The notes below the pieces were generated by a model. The model was not told the DNA's origin. It was given only the letters and a program-made list of their open reading frames with translations, and searched no databases. Shown piece by piece: positions 51,499 to 61,036 of a stretch of 64,000 nucleotides of DNA. Numbering within the stretch: position 1 is the stretch's first letter; every line of letters begins with the position of its first letter. A program made the translations under genes and the position numbers. Source of the DNA: Promethearchaeia archaeon (GTDB lineage: Archaea > Asgardarchaeota > Lokiarchaeia > Sigyniarchaeales > SOKP01); contig JAHQWH010000189.1 in assembly GCA_029856105.1 (NCBI GenBank), positions 1 through 64,000 of the forward strand, read 5' to 3'.

Positions 51499-52353
51499 TT
51501 AATCTAAAGGGATTTTCTTACCAGAAAAATCTCTTTTATATTTACCAAAATCACCCATTTGTCTTAAATTTTTCGAATCGAATACGGGTCCATCCTTACA
51601 CACTAATAACCCTAAAGGATCAACAGCGCATAATCCGCATAAACCACATCCGCATCTCATAATTCGTTCTAGACTAGCCTGTAGCTTAATACTATATTTT
51701 TCGCATATTTGAAATACTTTAAAAATCATTTTTTCAGGTCCACAAGTATATGCGATAAGGTTAGGAATTTCAGATTTAGAATAATTTTTAACTAAACTTT
51801 CAAAAGTTTCAGAAGCGAATCCTTTTAATCCATAACTTCCATCGTCAGTACTATAAATAACCTCTGAATATTCATGATCAAAAGATTGGAAATCATTAAT
51901 AAACATTATTTCTTCACTAAATTTAGCACCTTCAATAATAGTGAATTCTAAGTTTTTTTTCATTATTTCTAATGAAAGACATTTAAGAGGTGCCATTCCA
52001 ATTCCACCTCCAATTAAAATGAGTTTTTTCGAAGAATCATTTGGAAGTATGAAATTATTACCTAATGGACCTCTGATACCAATAAAATCACCAATTTTTA
52101 AATTATGAATTGCATTTGTACATTCTCCAACATCTTTTACAGTGATCGCCCAATTACCTTTGTCATCATAGCTAGATAATGACATTGGAACCTCATCAAC
52201 ACCAGGAACCCAAACCATCACAAATTGCCCAGCTTTAGGAATAATATATCCTCCATGATTTCCTTCTATCATATTAAAAAAAATAGTCTTAACTCCCTTA
52301 CATTCATTTGTAATATCTTTAATTTTCATCGTCTTGATTGTGTTTTCAGTCAA
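51499..52353 (-). CDS. pyrK: Dihydroorotate dehydrogenase electron transfer subunit
   Basis: GQFVMVW, RGPLG, GGGIG, CGP, MRCGCGLCGLC, CKDGPVF. Confidence 0.93.
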   Translation of the reverse strand: MTENTIKTMKIKDITNECKGVKTIFFNMIEGNHGGYIIPKAGQFVMVWVPGVDEVPMSLSSYDDKGNWAITVKDVGECTNAIHNLKIGDFIGIRGPLGNNFILPNDSSKKLILIGGGIGMAPLKCLSLEIMKKNLEFTIIEGAKFSEEIMFINDFQSFDHEYSEVIYSTDDGSYGLKGFASETFESLVKNYSKSEIPNLIAYTCGPEKMIFKVFQICEKYSIKLQASLERIMRCGCGLCGLCAVDPLGLLVCKDGPVFDSKNLRQMGDFGKYKRDFSGKKIPLD

Positions 52354-53272
52354 ATTCAGGCACCTCTTGAGTTTTAAATTGATGAGCTAACCCTTTTATA
52401 TCATTGAGAGAGTTTAAGTTATTTTTATTTAAATAATTCCGTAATCCATTGTTGATTTCTTGAATAATTTCAAGTCCGTTGTATAAAGCTGTACCTATTT
52501 GGACTGCTGAGGCTCCTGCTAGGAAAAGTTCAATCACATCTTCCCATGAGTCAATTCCTCCACATCCAATTATAGGAATGTTCAAAACCTTATATAAGTC
52601 ATATACTTTTTTCACAGCAATAGGATGAATTGCTTTTCCCGATAGTCCTCCACTTCCGTGAGACAAAATTGGCCTCTTGGTGTTAATATCGATCTTAATT
52701 GCGGTTAGGGTATTTATTGCAACAACTCCATCAGCACCCCCATTTTCTGCAGCTAAAGCAATTTCACTAAGGTTTGTAACGTTAGGGTTTAATTTAACAA
52801 AGAGTGGGACTGATAATTTTTTCTTTAATAATTTTGTTATTTTAAAGGTAAGGTCTTTATCAATACCAATAGAAGAAATTTCAGCATGAGGACAAGAAAT
52901 ATTTATTTCAATTGCATCTGCTCCTGCATTCTGAGCTTTTAGTGCTACATCTAAATATGTTTCATTACTATCTCCAAAGACACTAACAATCAAAGGTATT
53001 TTATGTGATTTTATTTCTTTAATTTCAGAGATAAAGTTATCAATCCCCGGATTACCAAGCCCTACACTATTGAGAAAAGTCCCTGGATATAATTCAATAA
53101 TTGAAGGATTTTTAAATCCCTTTCTAGGTTTAGGCCCAATAGATTTAGTTGTTATAGCACCTATTCCGATATTAATCAATCTTAACATCGTAGAATAAGA
53201 CACTCCTAAAATGCCAGAAGCTAAAATCAAAGGAGAGTTTAACTTTAAACCAGAAATATTTACTTCAAGCAT
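52346..53272 (-). CDS. pyrD: Dihydroorotate dehydrogenase 1B
   Basis: ASG, TKS, NISCPH, KLNPN, INT, GGLSG. Confidence 0.95.
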   Translation of the reverse strand: MLEVNISGLKLNSPLILASGILGVSYSTMLRLINIGIGAITTKSIGPKPRKGFKNPSIIELYPGTFLNSVGLGNPGIDNFISEIKEIKSHKIPLIVSVFGDSNETYLDVALKAQNAGADAIEINISCPHAEISSIGIDKDLTFKITKLLKKKLSVPLFVKLNPNVTNLSEIALAAENGGADGVVAINTLTAIKIDINTKRPILSHGSGGLSGKAIHPIAVKKVYDLYKVLNIPIIGCGGIDSWEDVIELFLAGASAVQIGTALYNGLEIIQEINNGLRNYLNKNNLNSLNDIKGLAHQFKTQEVPEFD

Positions 53273-53342
53273 TACTATTATAATATAAGAAATTATTATT
53301 ATTATTATTTGAGAAATTTTATTTACGCGTAGATTTAGAAAA

Positions 53343-54566
53343 ATGAAATGTTATATCATTGATTCTTTAATAGGGATTTATGCTATTGATGATGGAGGAA
53401 ATTTCCTTAATTATATAGATTTTTTAGACGACATTCAAAAATCAGTAAATTTTTATAATTCATTAAATAGCGATACTCTCTCAGAAGAGTATTCAGATTT
53501 TATCAATGAGTTGAGAAATTCGGGTTCTGACGAGTTTATATTTGATAATAAAAAGCTACAGATTTTAACATCAAAAGAATTAGGAAGTAACACTTCTTTT
53601 GAAAGTCACTCTCTCGAGTTTAAAAATTTTCGCTTTAATTTAGAAGATCAACTGAAAGGAGTAGGGATTCATAAAACTCGAAAAGAAATTCTCTCTATTT
53701 TTAAGAAAGTTGAAGTTCAATTAATTAAGAAGAGAATAAGTCAGGCTGGAGCTCAGGGAGATGTAGAAATCATTCAAATCATAGAAACACTTGATATTCT
53801 TAAAAAATCAATAAGCCTATTCTCAAGTCGTCTTAGAGAATGGTATGGTTTGCATTTTCCGGAACTAGTTGATAAATTAATCGAAGAAAATGTCCTTATT
53901 GCAAAAATGGTTTCAATTTTAGGGCGCCGAGATAACTTTACTTACGATAAGATTACTCAAAATTTTAGTTTTAAGGAAGGAAGAATTAAAACATTGCAGA
54001 ATTTGGCTTCCCAATCAATGGGAGCAGATATTAATCTTAATATTATTAAAAACTACGCTAATCAAATTTTATCATTGGACGAGTTCAGGCAAGAATTAGA
54101 AGAATATTTAGATTCATTAATGGAACAAGTTGCTCCAAATCTCTATGCTTTAGTCGGAGGTTTGGTTGGGGCGAAATTAATAGCAAAAGCGGGAAGTTTA
54201 AAAGATTTAGCTTATATGCCAGCTTCGAGGGTTCAACTACTAGGTGCTGAAAAAGCTTTGTATAGGTTCCTTAAAACCGGTGAAAAACGCCCAAAACATG
54301 GGTTAATTTTTCAGTGGAATTTGATTAGAGGAAGTAAAGCGTATAACCGTGGAAAAATCTCTAGAGTGATTTCAGGGAAAATAGGAATTGCAACTAAAGT
54401 AGATTTTTTTAAAGGCGAGTTCATAGGAGATACTTTAGCAAAAGAAATTGAAGAAAAAATAAAAGAGATTGAAAAAAAATATCCAAAACCTCCAACAAAA
54501 AAAAGTGAGCCCAAAACCAAAATAAAATCAAATAAAAAGCAAACAAATAAGAAAAGAAGGAGGTAA
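53343..54566 (+). CDS. nop5: Nop5/Nop56/58 C/D box sRNP protein
   Basis: REWYGLHFPEL, APNL, QLLGAEKAL, PKHGLIF. Confidence 0.96.
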   Translation: MKCYIIDSLIGIYAIDDGGNFLNYIDFLDDIQKSVNFYNSLNSDTLSEEYSDFINELRNSGSDEFIFDNKKLQILTSKELGSNTSFESHSLEFKNFRFNLEDQLKGVGIHKTRKEILSIFKKVEVQLIKKRISQAGAQGDVEIIQIIETLDILKKSISLFSSRLREWYGLHFPELVDKLIEENVLIAKMVSILGRRDNFTYDKITQNFSFKEGRIKTLQNLASQSMGADINLNIIKNYANQILSLDEFRQELEEYLDSLMEQVAPNLYALVGGLVGAKLIAKAGSLKDLAYMPASRVQLLGAEKALYRFLKTGEKRPKHGLIFQWNLIRGSKAYNRGKISRVISGKIGIATKVDFFKGEFIGDTLAKEIEEKIKEIEKKYPKPPTKKSEPKTKIKSNKKQTNKKRRR

Positions 54567-54573
54567 AGTTAAT

Positions 54574-55263
54574 TTGAGCAATTTTAATATCAGAACACAT
54601 CCAAAATACTCTAACGTTTATATATCTGGACCTCCACATAACCTAAAACTTTATTCTAAAAACCTAGTTCCGGGTAATAGAGTGTACGGTGAGAAGCTAA
54701 ATACATTTAAAGGAGAAGAATATCGAGAATGGGACCCTCATAGAAGTAAATTAGCTGCAATGATATTGGAAAAACCTTCAGTGGATTTCTTATCTAGCGA
54801 ATTAAAATGTTTGTATTTAGGAGCGTCATCCGGTACTACAATATCTCATCTTTCAGACATAGTTTACAATGGAATTATTTATGGAGTAGAATTTGCTGAG
54901 CGTAGTATGCGACAATTAATTCAAAACACCAAAGATAGAAAAAATATTGTTCCAATATTAGGAGACGCTAATTTTCCGGAAAAATATGCTAATTCCGTTT
55001 TTACTAATATTGATTTAGTTTATCAAGATATTGCTCAACCAAACCAAGCACAAATTGCTATTGCGAACTGTAGTTATTATCTAAAGGATAAAGGAACTCT
55101 AATTCTTGCAATTAAATCTCAATCAATAGATAGTGTTCAAAAGCCTGAAAAAATATACATCCAAGAGAGAAAGATTTTAGAAAAAGCGGGTTATAAAATA
55201 AGCGAAAGCTTCAACATTCATAAATACGCAGCGAATCACATTATTTTAATTGTCCACAAATAA
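54574..55263 (+). CDS. flpA: Fibrillarin rRNA/tRNA 2'-O-methyltransferase
   Basis: VYGEK, WDPHRSKLAA, LYLGASSGTT, QDIAQP. Confidence 0.96.
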   Translation: MSNFNIRTHPKYSNVYISGPPHNLKLYSKNLVPGNRVYGEKLNTFKGEEYREWDPHRSKLAAMILEKPSVDFLSSELKCLYLGASSGTTISHLSDIVYNGIIYGVEFAERSMRQLIQNTKDRKNIVPILGDANFPEKYANSVFTNIDLVYQDIAQPNQAQIAIANCSYYLKDKGTLILAIKSQSIDSVQKPEKIYIQERKILEKAGYKISESFNIHKYAANHIILIVHK

Positions 55264-55303
55264 TTTAGGCAATATTTTTGTTAATATTCATTTTAAAAAA
55301 AAT

Positions 55304-56020
55304 TTATACAAAATCAGTAATTTTTTTCGAATATAATTCTTCTCTGATAATTTTTTTCGTAGTTTCCCATGATTTTCTCGCGATAGGTGGAGCTTTCTTA
55401 TTCTTTCTTATCCATTCTCGAAGGAATGTAGTACTTCGTACATCTGAGGGATATCCTGAGCCAAAATCTCCATATTCTTTTTTTAATTCTTCAATGATTC
55501 TATCCCTCATATCTTTAGCGATAATTGAGCTCGCTGAAACTATTGGGTATAAATCGTCAGCCTTATGTTTAGAAATGATTTTTTTTGGTGAATAATTTAA
55601 TAATGTTTGAATAGATGTTTTAAATCTATCTTCAATAACATCTGCTGCGTCTATATAAATTACATCTGGTTTCAGTTCATTAATAATTTCTGCCATTTTC
55701 AGTTCTTCAAGTCTATTCAGTGTGATTTTCTTCTTTTCTCTTGCGTCTATTTCTTGAGCTCCAATAATTTTTGCTATATATGTTTTACAATTTCCTTTTA
55801 TAATTTTAGCTAATTCACTTCGTCTTTTAGTAGATAATTTTTTTGAATCTTTAACCCCGATTTCTGTTAGAAGCCCCAATTTTGATTTAAGGAAGCACAC
55901 ACCACAAATAACCATAGGGCCCAAGACAGGCCCTCTACCCGCCTCGTCAATGCCACAAATAACTTCTTGGTTAGTTCCCTGATTCTTGGATGAGCTCAAC
56001 GAATTCCTCTTCATCATCAA
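55304..56020 (-). CDS. rnhB: Ribonuclease HII (true start probably a little downstream)
   Basis: GIDEAGRGPVLGP, DSKKL, SASSIIAK, GSGYPSD and a PIP-like tail. Confidence 0.95.
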   Translation of the reverse strand: MMMKRNSLSSSKNQGTNQEVICGIDEAGRGPVLGPMVICGVCFLKSKLGLLTEIGVKDSKKLSTKRRSELAKIIKGNCKTYIAKIIGAQEIDAREKKKITLNRLEELKMAEIINELKPDVIYIDAADVIEDRFKTSIQTLLNYSPKKIISKHKADDLYPIVSASSIIAKDMRDRIIEELKKEYGDFGSGYPSDVRSTTFLREWIRKNKKAPPIARKSWETTKKIIREELYSKKITDFV

Positions 56021-56981
56021 TTTTTTCTAGATTTCTAATTCTAATGATGGGAATTTTAATTTTTTTAAGAGAATCGGGTATTTTAATCTCATTGTTTACT
56101 ATAAAAAGAGAATTTTTTTGAAACAGTTCAGTAAACATCTTCAAACATCTAAAACTAAGCTCGTTAATTTTTTTATCTTCTTCAGAAACTCCTGAAAAGA
56201 GAGGGTAAACGCTGCTTTCTTTATTCTCGTCAATATATTTAGAATATAACGATAGTTTGAAAGGAATTGAACCTTTCTTAGACCAATAAGAACAAATTCC
56301 AATGTCATTCAAAACTTCTTGAAGATGAGATTCAAAAGAGCTCAAATTGATATCTTCTTGCAGGTCTTTTCGATCCATACTAAAATTGAAATTCCAATCA
56401 AAAATGTTAATTCTTCTAAAAAGATCATTACATTCTAGTATTAATGAGATTTTATTAGCTATTTTTTCAGAAGGTCGCATGCTTTCATTTTCATACGCAC
56501 AGACAGTTCTTTTAGTAATTCCAAGTCTTCCAGATAGTTCTTTTCGTGAGATTGCTTGTTTTTCTCTCAAAGATTTCATTAAATTACCGTTTAAAAACAT
56601 CACACCCCCTCCTCTTCTCGCTAGAATGTATGGATATAACTCTTTACTGAGAATATTTTCTAATGTAGTTAAAGTTATAAACGGCAACCCCTCTCTAATG
56701 TAAATAGTGTTATCTTCTAATTTGTGATAACGATTTCTAATTCCTATTAACAAGGGTTTAGATTTTAACAATAGGGATAAAGATTTTATATCGTTTATTA
56801 TATCAGCGTTTAAATTATCAATATTGGAAAAAATTTTTACGCTAAAAACTAAATCATTTTTTTTTACTAATAAGTCAAAACAAAACTTGCTTTTTTTATT
56901 AGAAAAGGAATCTAAAATAAATGTCTCAAATTTAGCCCTTTTAAGCATATTATCTATTTTTTCAAGTACCGCTTCAATCAT
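55971..56981 (-). CDS. Conserved archaeal HTH transcriptional regulator
   Basis: CFDLLVKK, GLPFITLTTLE, ARRGG and a Cro-type HTH (LGITKRTVCAYE). Confidence 0.8.
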   Translation of the reverse strand: MIEAVLEKIDNMLKRAKFETFILDSFSNKKSKFCFDLLVKKNDLVFSVKIFSNIDNLNADIINDIKSLSLLLKSKPLLIGIRNRYHKLEDNTIYIREGLPFITLTTLENILSKELYPYILARRGGGVMFLNGNLMKSLREKQAISRKELSGRLGITKRTVCAYENESMRPSEKIANKISLILECNDLFRRINIFDWNFNFSMDRKDLQEDINLSSFESHLQEVLNDIGICSYWSKKGSIPFKLSLYSKYIDENKESSVYPLFSGVSEEDKKINELSFRCLKMFTELFQKNSLFIVNNEIKIPDSLKKIKIPIIRIRNLEKIDDEEEFVELIQESGN

Positions 56982-57096
56982 ATATTCCCATTAATTAAAA
57001 GATAAATAGCTAATTAAATTTTTTTTTATTGTGATATTACCTTCAAACTAAATTAATTTAATTGTTATTTTAATTTCTCTAAATGAAGATTAACCT

Positions 57097-57663
57097 TTAA
57101 TTACTTGTGAGTTTAAGGAAATCAGCATCAGTTATAATTCCAATAAATACATTATTTTCTTTTACTAATACGGCAGAATATTTAATTAATAAATTTGATA
57201 TGTCTTTAGCGTTCCAATTTTTTTCAACTTCTGGAAAGGGCAATTCTATAATAGTTAAAATATCTGCGTTTATTAAATCTGGAGTTGTAGTAATATGTTT
57301 CTGAATTTTTTTGGCAGTTATACTTCCGAAATTATGGTTTTTTTCTAAAATCGGTATCTGTGAAAAATTGTATTTACTCATTAACGTAATAACATCCTTT
57401 ATGGTCGAATCTGGTGTTATAGATATTATATTTGGAGTCATAATATCTTCTGCGTGCTTTTTTGAACTTTTTTTCTTCATTCTTTCATTTTCTAGAAATT
57501 CGATAATTTTTTTCACTTTAGAATAAGGTGGGTCCATGTCTCCATTTTCTATTCTTGAGATTGTAGATTGCGAAATATCTAATTTCTCACCTAATTCTTT
57601 TTGGCTAATGTTTAATTTTTTTCTTAAATATTTGATTTGAGATAAATTTGGCAAAACTTCCAT
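57097..57663 (-). CDS. HTH(XRE)-CBS domain transcriptional regulator
   Basis: ISQKELG...ISQSTISRIENG plus a CBS pair (FSQIPI, GIITDAD). Confidence 0.9.
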   Translation of the reverse strand: MEVLPNLSQIKYLRKKLNISQKELGEKLDISQSTISRIENGDMDPPYSKVKKIIEFLENERMKKKSSKKHAEDIMTPNIISITPDSTIKDVITLMSKYNFSQIPILEKNHNFGSITAKKIQKHITTTPDLINADILTIIELPFPEVEKNWNAKDISNLLIKYSAVLVKENNVFIGIITDADFLKLTSN

Positions 57664-57815
57664 TTTAGAATGCGTAAAACTTATTTAGTATAATTTAAGT
57701 GCATATTTCATGCAATATATGCATATTATTATCAATAATTATTAATAATTATTATTAATTTAAAAAAAACATAATAAAATAATTATTTCTATAAATAAGA
57801 AAGAGTTTAATCAAA

Positions 57816-59057
57816 ATGTTGAAAATCACACAGGCTGACTTTTTACCTATTGAAAAAAGTAAATTTCCTGAAATTTGCGAAAGAAAAGGAATAGGACATC
57901 CAGATAGCGTTTGCGATGCCGTTGCTGATGCTTGTTCGAGAGCGTTATGTGTTTACTATTTGGAACATTTCGATAGAGTGTATCATCACAACGTTGATAA
58001 GGCCGCTTTGGTTGGTGGTGTTGCCAAACCTGAATTCGGAGGAGGTATGATCATTCAACCACAATATTTTTTAATAGTAGGAAGAGCTATACATCAAATT
58101 CTTACAGAATGTGGAACTGAGCATAAATTGGAATATGTACCTGTTGCTACTATTTGTCTTGATACACAACGCCAAATACTCGCAAAAATATTTAGAAACC
58201 TTGATTTAGCTAGAGATATACAATTCGATTATGCAGTTCGACCAGGGTCTATAGATTTAACCGGAGTTTTTGACGAGTCTCATCATTCGGAAGAAATTCC
58301 CCTCTCAAATGATACAAGTTTTGGAGTAGGATACGCTCCATATTCAGATGTAGAAAAAATAACGTTAGAAGCAGAATACCTTATTAATTCTCCGAGTTTC
58401 AAGGATAAATGTAAGGGATCGGGTGAAGATGTTAAGGTAATGGTTGAAAGAATTGATAACAAGGTTGGAATCACCATTGCGGCTGCAATGGTCAGCAAGT
58501 ACATCAACGATGTTGATGAGTATATTAATTATACAAATCAAATTAAAGACGCTGTATTAGATTTAGCGGCTAAAATCATCCCAGAACGCGAAGTCACTTG
58601 CCAAGTAAATGTAGCAGATATTCTAAAGAAAGAACTTTTGTTTCTTACCATAACGGGCACATCGGCTGAGGCAGGCGATGACGGCGAAGTAGGACGTGGA
58701 AACCGGTCTAACGGTCTAATAACACCTTGCAGAACTATGAGTTTAGAGGCTGTTTGTGGAAAAAATCCAATTAATCATGTAGGTAAAATCTACAACATTT
58801 TAGGAACGGAGATCGCCAGAGAAATTTATAAGAGAGGAGAAGGTGACATTTTAGAGGCACATGTGAAGCTTTTATCCCAAATCGGGCGCCCAATTACGGA
58901 TCCATGGGTAAATTCGATAGAGTTAATTCCTGCTGAAAATGTTAATTTTGCTAGTATTGAAAAAATCGCGAAAGAAGTCTCTGAAGAAAAATTGAGCAAG
59001 GAGTCCATGATTGATCTAAGGAAGCGATTGATTGCAGGGAAAATACAAGTATTTTAA
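57816..59057 (+). CDS. mat: Archaeal S-adenosylmethionine synthetase
   Basis: ERKGIGHPD, NDTSFGVG, GEDVKVM, GDDGEVGRGNR, GKNPINHVGK. Confidence 0.96.
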   Translation: MLKITQADFLPIEKSKFPEICERKGIGHPDSVCDAVADACSRALCVYYLEHFDRVYHHNVDKAALVGGVAKPEFGGGMIIQPQYFLIVGRAIHQILTECGTEHKLEYVPVATICLDTQRQILAKIFRNLDLARDIQFDYAVRPGSIDLTGVFDESHHSEEIPLSNDTSFGVGYAPYSDVEKITLEAEYLINSPSFKDKCKGSGEDVKVMVERIDNKVGITIAAAMVSKYINDVDEYINYTNQIKDAVLDLAAKIIPEREVTCQVNVADILKKELLFLTITGTSAEAGDDGEVGRGNRSNGLITPCRTMSLEAVCGKNPINHVGKIYNILGTEIAREIYKRGEGDILEAHVKLLSQIGRPITDPWVNSIELIPAENVNFASIEKIAKEVSEEKLSKESMIDLRKRLIAGKIQVF

Positions 59058-59183
59058 TTTTTAAGTTTAGAATAGTAAAATTTTTTTATTCTTTTTTTAT
59101 TAAATAATAGATCTGAATAGTAAAAAATAACTAGAAATTTTTGTGTAAGAAATTAAATAAATTAAAATTGATGTGAGTTAAGT

Positions 59184-59438
59184 CTGGGATTAGAGAAGTG
59201 GATAAATCCAGAAGAAACTAAAAAAAAGCCAAAGATAAAAGATGGTACTAAAAAACCTAAAAAGACTGAATCTAAGTCTAAAGAAATAAAAGGTACAATA
59301 GGACCAAAAAATTTATTGAAATTCTACTTAGTGTGTCCAAAGGCAAAATGTAAATATCAAAAGACGATAAGAAAGAAAGAGTTAACAGATAAAGATAAAA
59401 TCTGCCCTAGATGTAAAAGTATAATGAAAATCAAGTAA
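59184..59438 (+). CDS. Small basic zinc-ribbon protein (CTG start, absent from ORF track)
   Basis: (M)GLEKWINPEETKKK...CPKAKC...CPRCKSIMKIK*, 84 aa, with GTGAG upstream. Confidence 0.65.
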   Translation: MGLEKWINPEETKKKPKIKDGTKKPKKTESKSKEIKGTIGPKNLLKFYLVCPKAKCKYQKTIRKKELTDKDKICPRCKSIMKIK

Positions 59439-59441
59439 ATT

Positions 59442-59690
59442 TTAATTAGAAATATCTTGTTCTAAAATGTCTTTATCTGGAAGGTTCTCTAGATCAAATT
59501 GAGAATCACAATTAGGGCATCGGTCTTTCTTTTTACTATATTTCAAGATGAGATAAATGAAAATCCCTAACCCGCAAGTTAGGATAACCATGAATGCCAA
59601 TATCTCATGATAAATGTGTTCAAAATTCTTGCGTCTTAGTACGATTTTTTGTTCACATGTAGGACAATAAACAATTTTTTTCCCCGTAAT
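59442..59690 (-). CDS. LITAF-like zinc-ribbon membrane protein (ATT start, absent from ORF track)
   Basis: (M)TGKKIVYCPTCEQK...hydrophobic ILAFMVILTCGLGIFIYLIL...RCPNCDSQF, 82 aa. Confidence 0.7.
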   Translation of the reverse strand: MTGKKIVYCPTCEQKIVLRRKNFEHIYHEILAFMVILTCGLGIFIYLILKYSKKKDRCPNCDSQFDLENLPDKDILEQDISN

Positions 59691-59942
59691 AATCGACCGT
59701 TTTTTGTTATTTTATATAATTAGATAGGTAAATTGTTAATTTAATTATTTTGTGTTATAATTGAAAAATTCAAAATTAAAGCTAAAAAGCTATTTATTCT
59801 TCATTTTTTCAATTTGTAATTTTATATTGAAATAAAAAAAAAATGTAATAAACATAGGCTAAATATTATTAATGTTGAATTTTATATCATTAATAATATT
59901 TTTCAAATTAAAAATTAAAACAAATTAGAAAAGGTTTTAACA

Positions 59943-60890
59943 ATGCCAATTTGTTATCATTGTGGAGTGGAAGTCCCTGAAACATTCAACTGTACTAAAT
60001 GTGGTCAAAATTATTGTTCTTTACATAAAAATCCTATTGATCACGAATGTAATATTGTAATCGAAAGTCAACATTTACAACAATATCAACAATCACCTCC
60101 TACTTATGTTGAAAGCTCTCAAATTCCGTTTTCTCAACAAGAGCATATGTATCAGCAACAATTAACTCCAAGCGAAGTGCGTGGAACGACAGATGGGACT
60201 TATACGTGGTATCGGCAAGAACAAACAGTTCCAGAAAACGCTTTCGATCCAGACTCTGGAATCTCGTTCAAGGGTATATTTCTGGCTCATAAATCTGAAT
60301 TAACTCATTTCTTAATTGCAGGGATAATGATATATGCCATAGGATTGTTGAGCTTTTATAACAGTTTAGGCCCTACATATTTTTGGACTTTATTTGTACT
60401 TGCTGCTTTTTATGTGACTGCTTTTCTCTTTCACGAATTAGGGCACCGCCAAGTAGCTGTTCATTTTAAATTGCAAACAAAATTTAGATTACTTACATAT
60501 GGTTTGCTGATGACATTAATCTCTCTTGGAAGGTTTGCTTTACCTGGAGCGGTTGTCGTTTTAGGTCTTGACAAGATTAGTAGAAAAACGGGATTATGTA
60601 AAGCAGCAGGTCCTTTCGTAAATTTGGTGTATGGCACACTATTGTTTCTAATTTCATTTATAGTTCCAAGGTCATTATATCCACTGAATTATATCTTTTG
60701 TATAGGAGCTTATTTAAATTTCATGTTAGGATCATTCAATATGATCCCTTTTGGAATTTTGGATGGGCAAAATATATGGAAATGGAAAAAGAAAGTATAT
60801 TTTGGATTGATTGGGTCATTAGTACCATTGCTTATTATAACAATGGTTATTACAAATACTTCCTTAAGTCTAAATCTCTATCATCCATAA
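59943..60890 (+). CDS. AN1 zinc finger + site-2 protease (M50)
   Basis: CYHC...CTKC...C..H....H.C; then HELGH, AGP and FNMIPFGILDG. Confidence 0.88.
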   Translation: MPICYHCGVEVPETFNCTKCGQNYCSLHKNPIDHECNIVIESQHLQQYQQSPPTYVESSQIPFSQQEHMYQQQLTPSEVRGTTDGTYTWYRQEQTVPENAFDPDSGISFKGIFLAHKSELTHFLIAGIMIYAIGLLSFYNSLGPTYFWTLFVLAAFYVTAFLFHELGHRQVAVHFKLQTKFRLLTYGLLMTLISLGRFALPGAVVVLGLDKISRKTGLCKAAGPFVNLVYGTLLFLISFIVPRSLYPLNYIFCIGAYLNFMLGSFNMIPFGILDGQNIWKWKKKVYFGLIGSLVPLLIITMVITNTSLSLNLYHP

Positions 60891-61036
60891 CCTAAACGAT
60901 AAAACCATAACTAGTTTAATTTCTTTAAAGTTCAATATTCTCTTGAAAGTCATAAAAAATTTTAAAAAAAATTATGTATGATGATAGTTTTAAAACATTA
61001 AATTAGATAAAATAAAGCGATTTTAAAAAAAAATTT

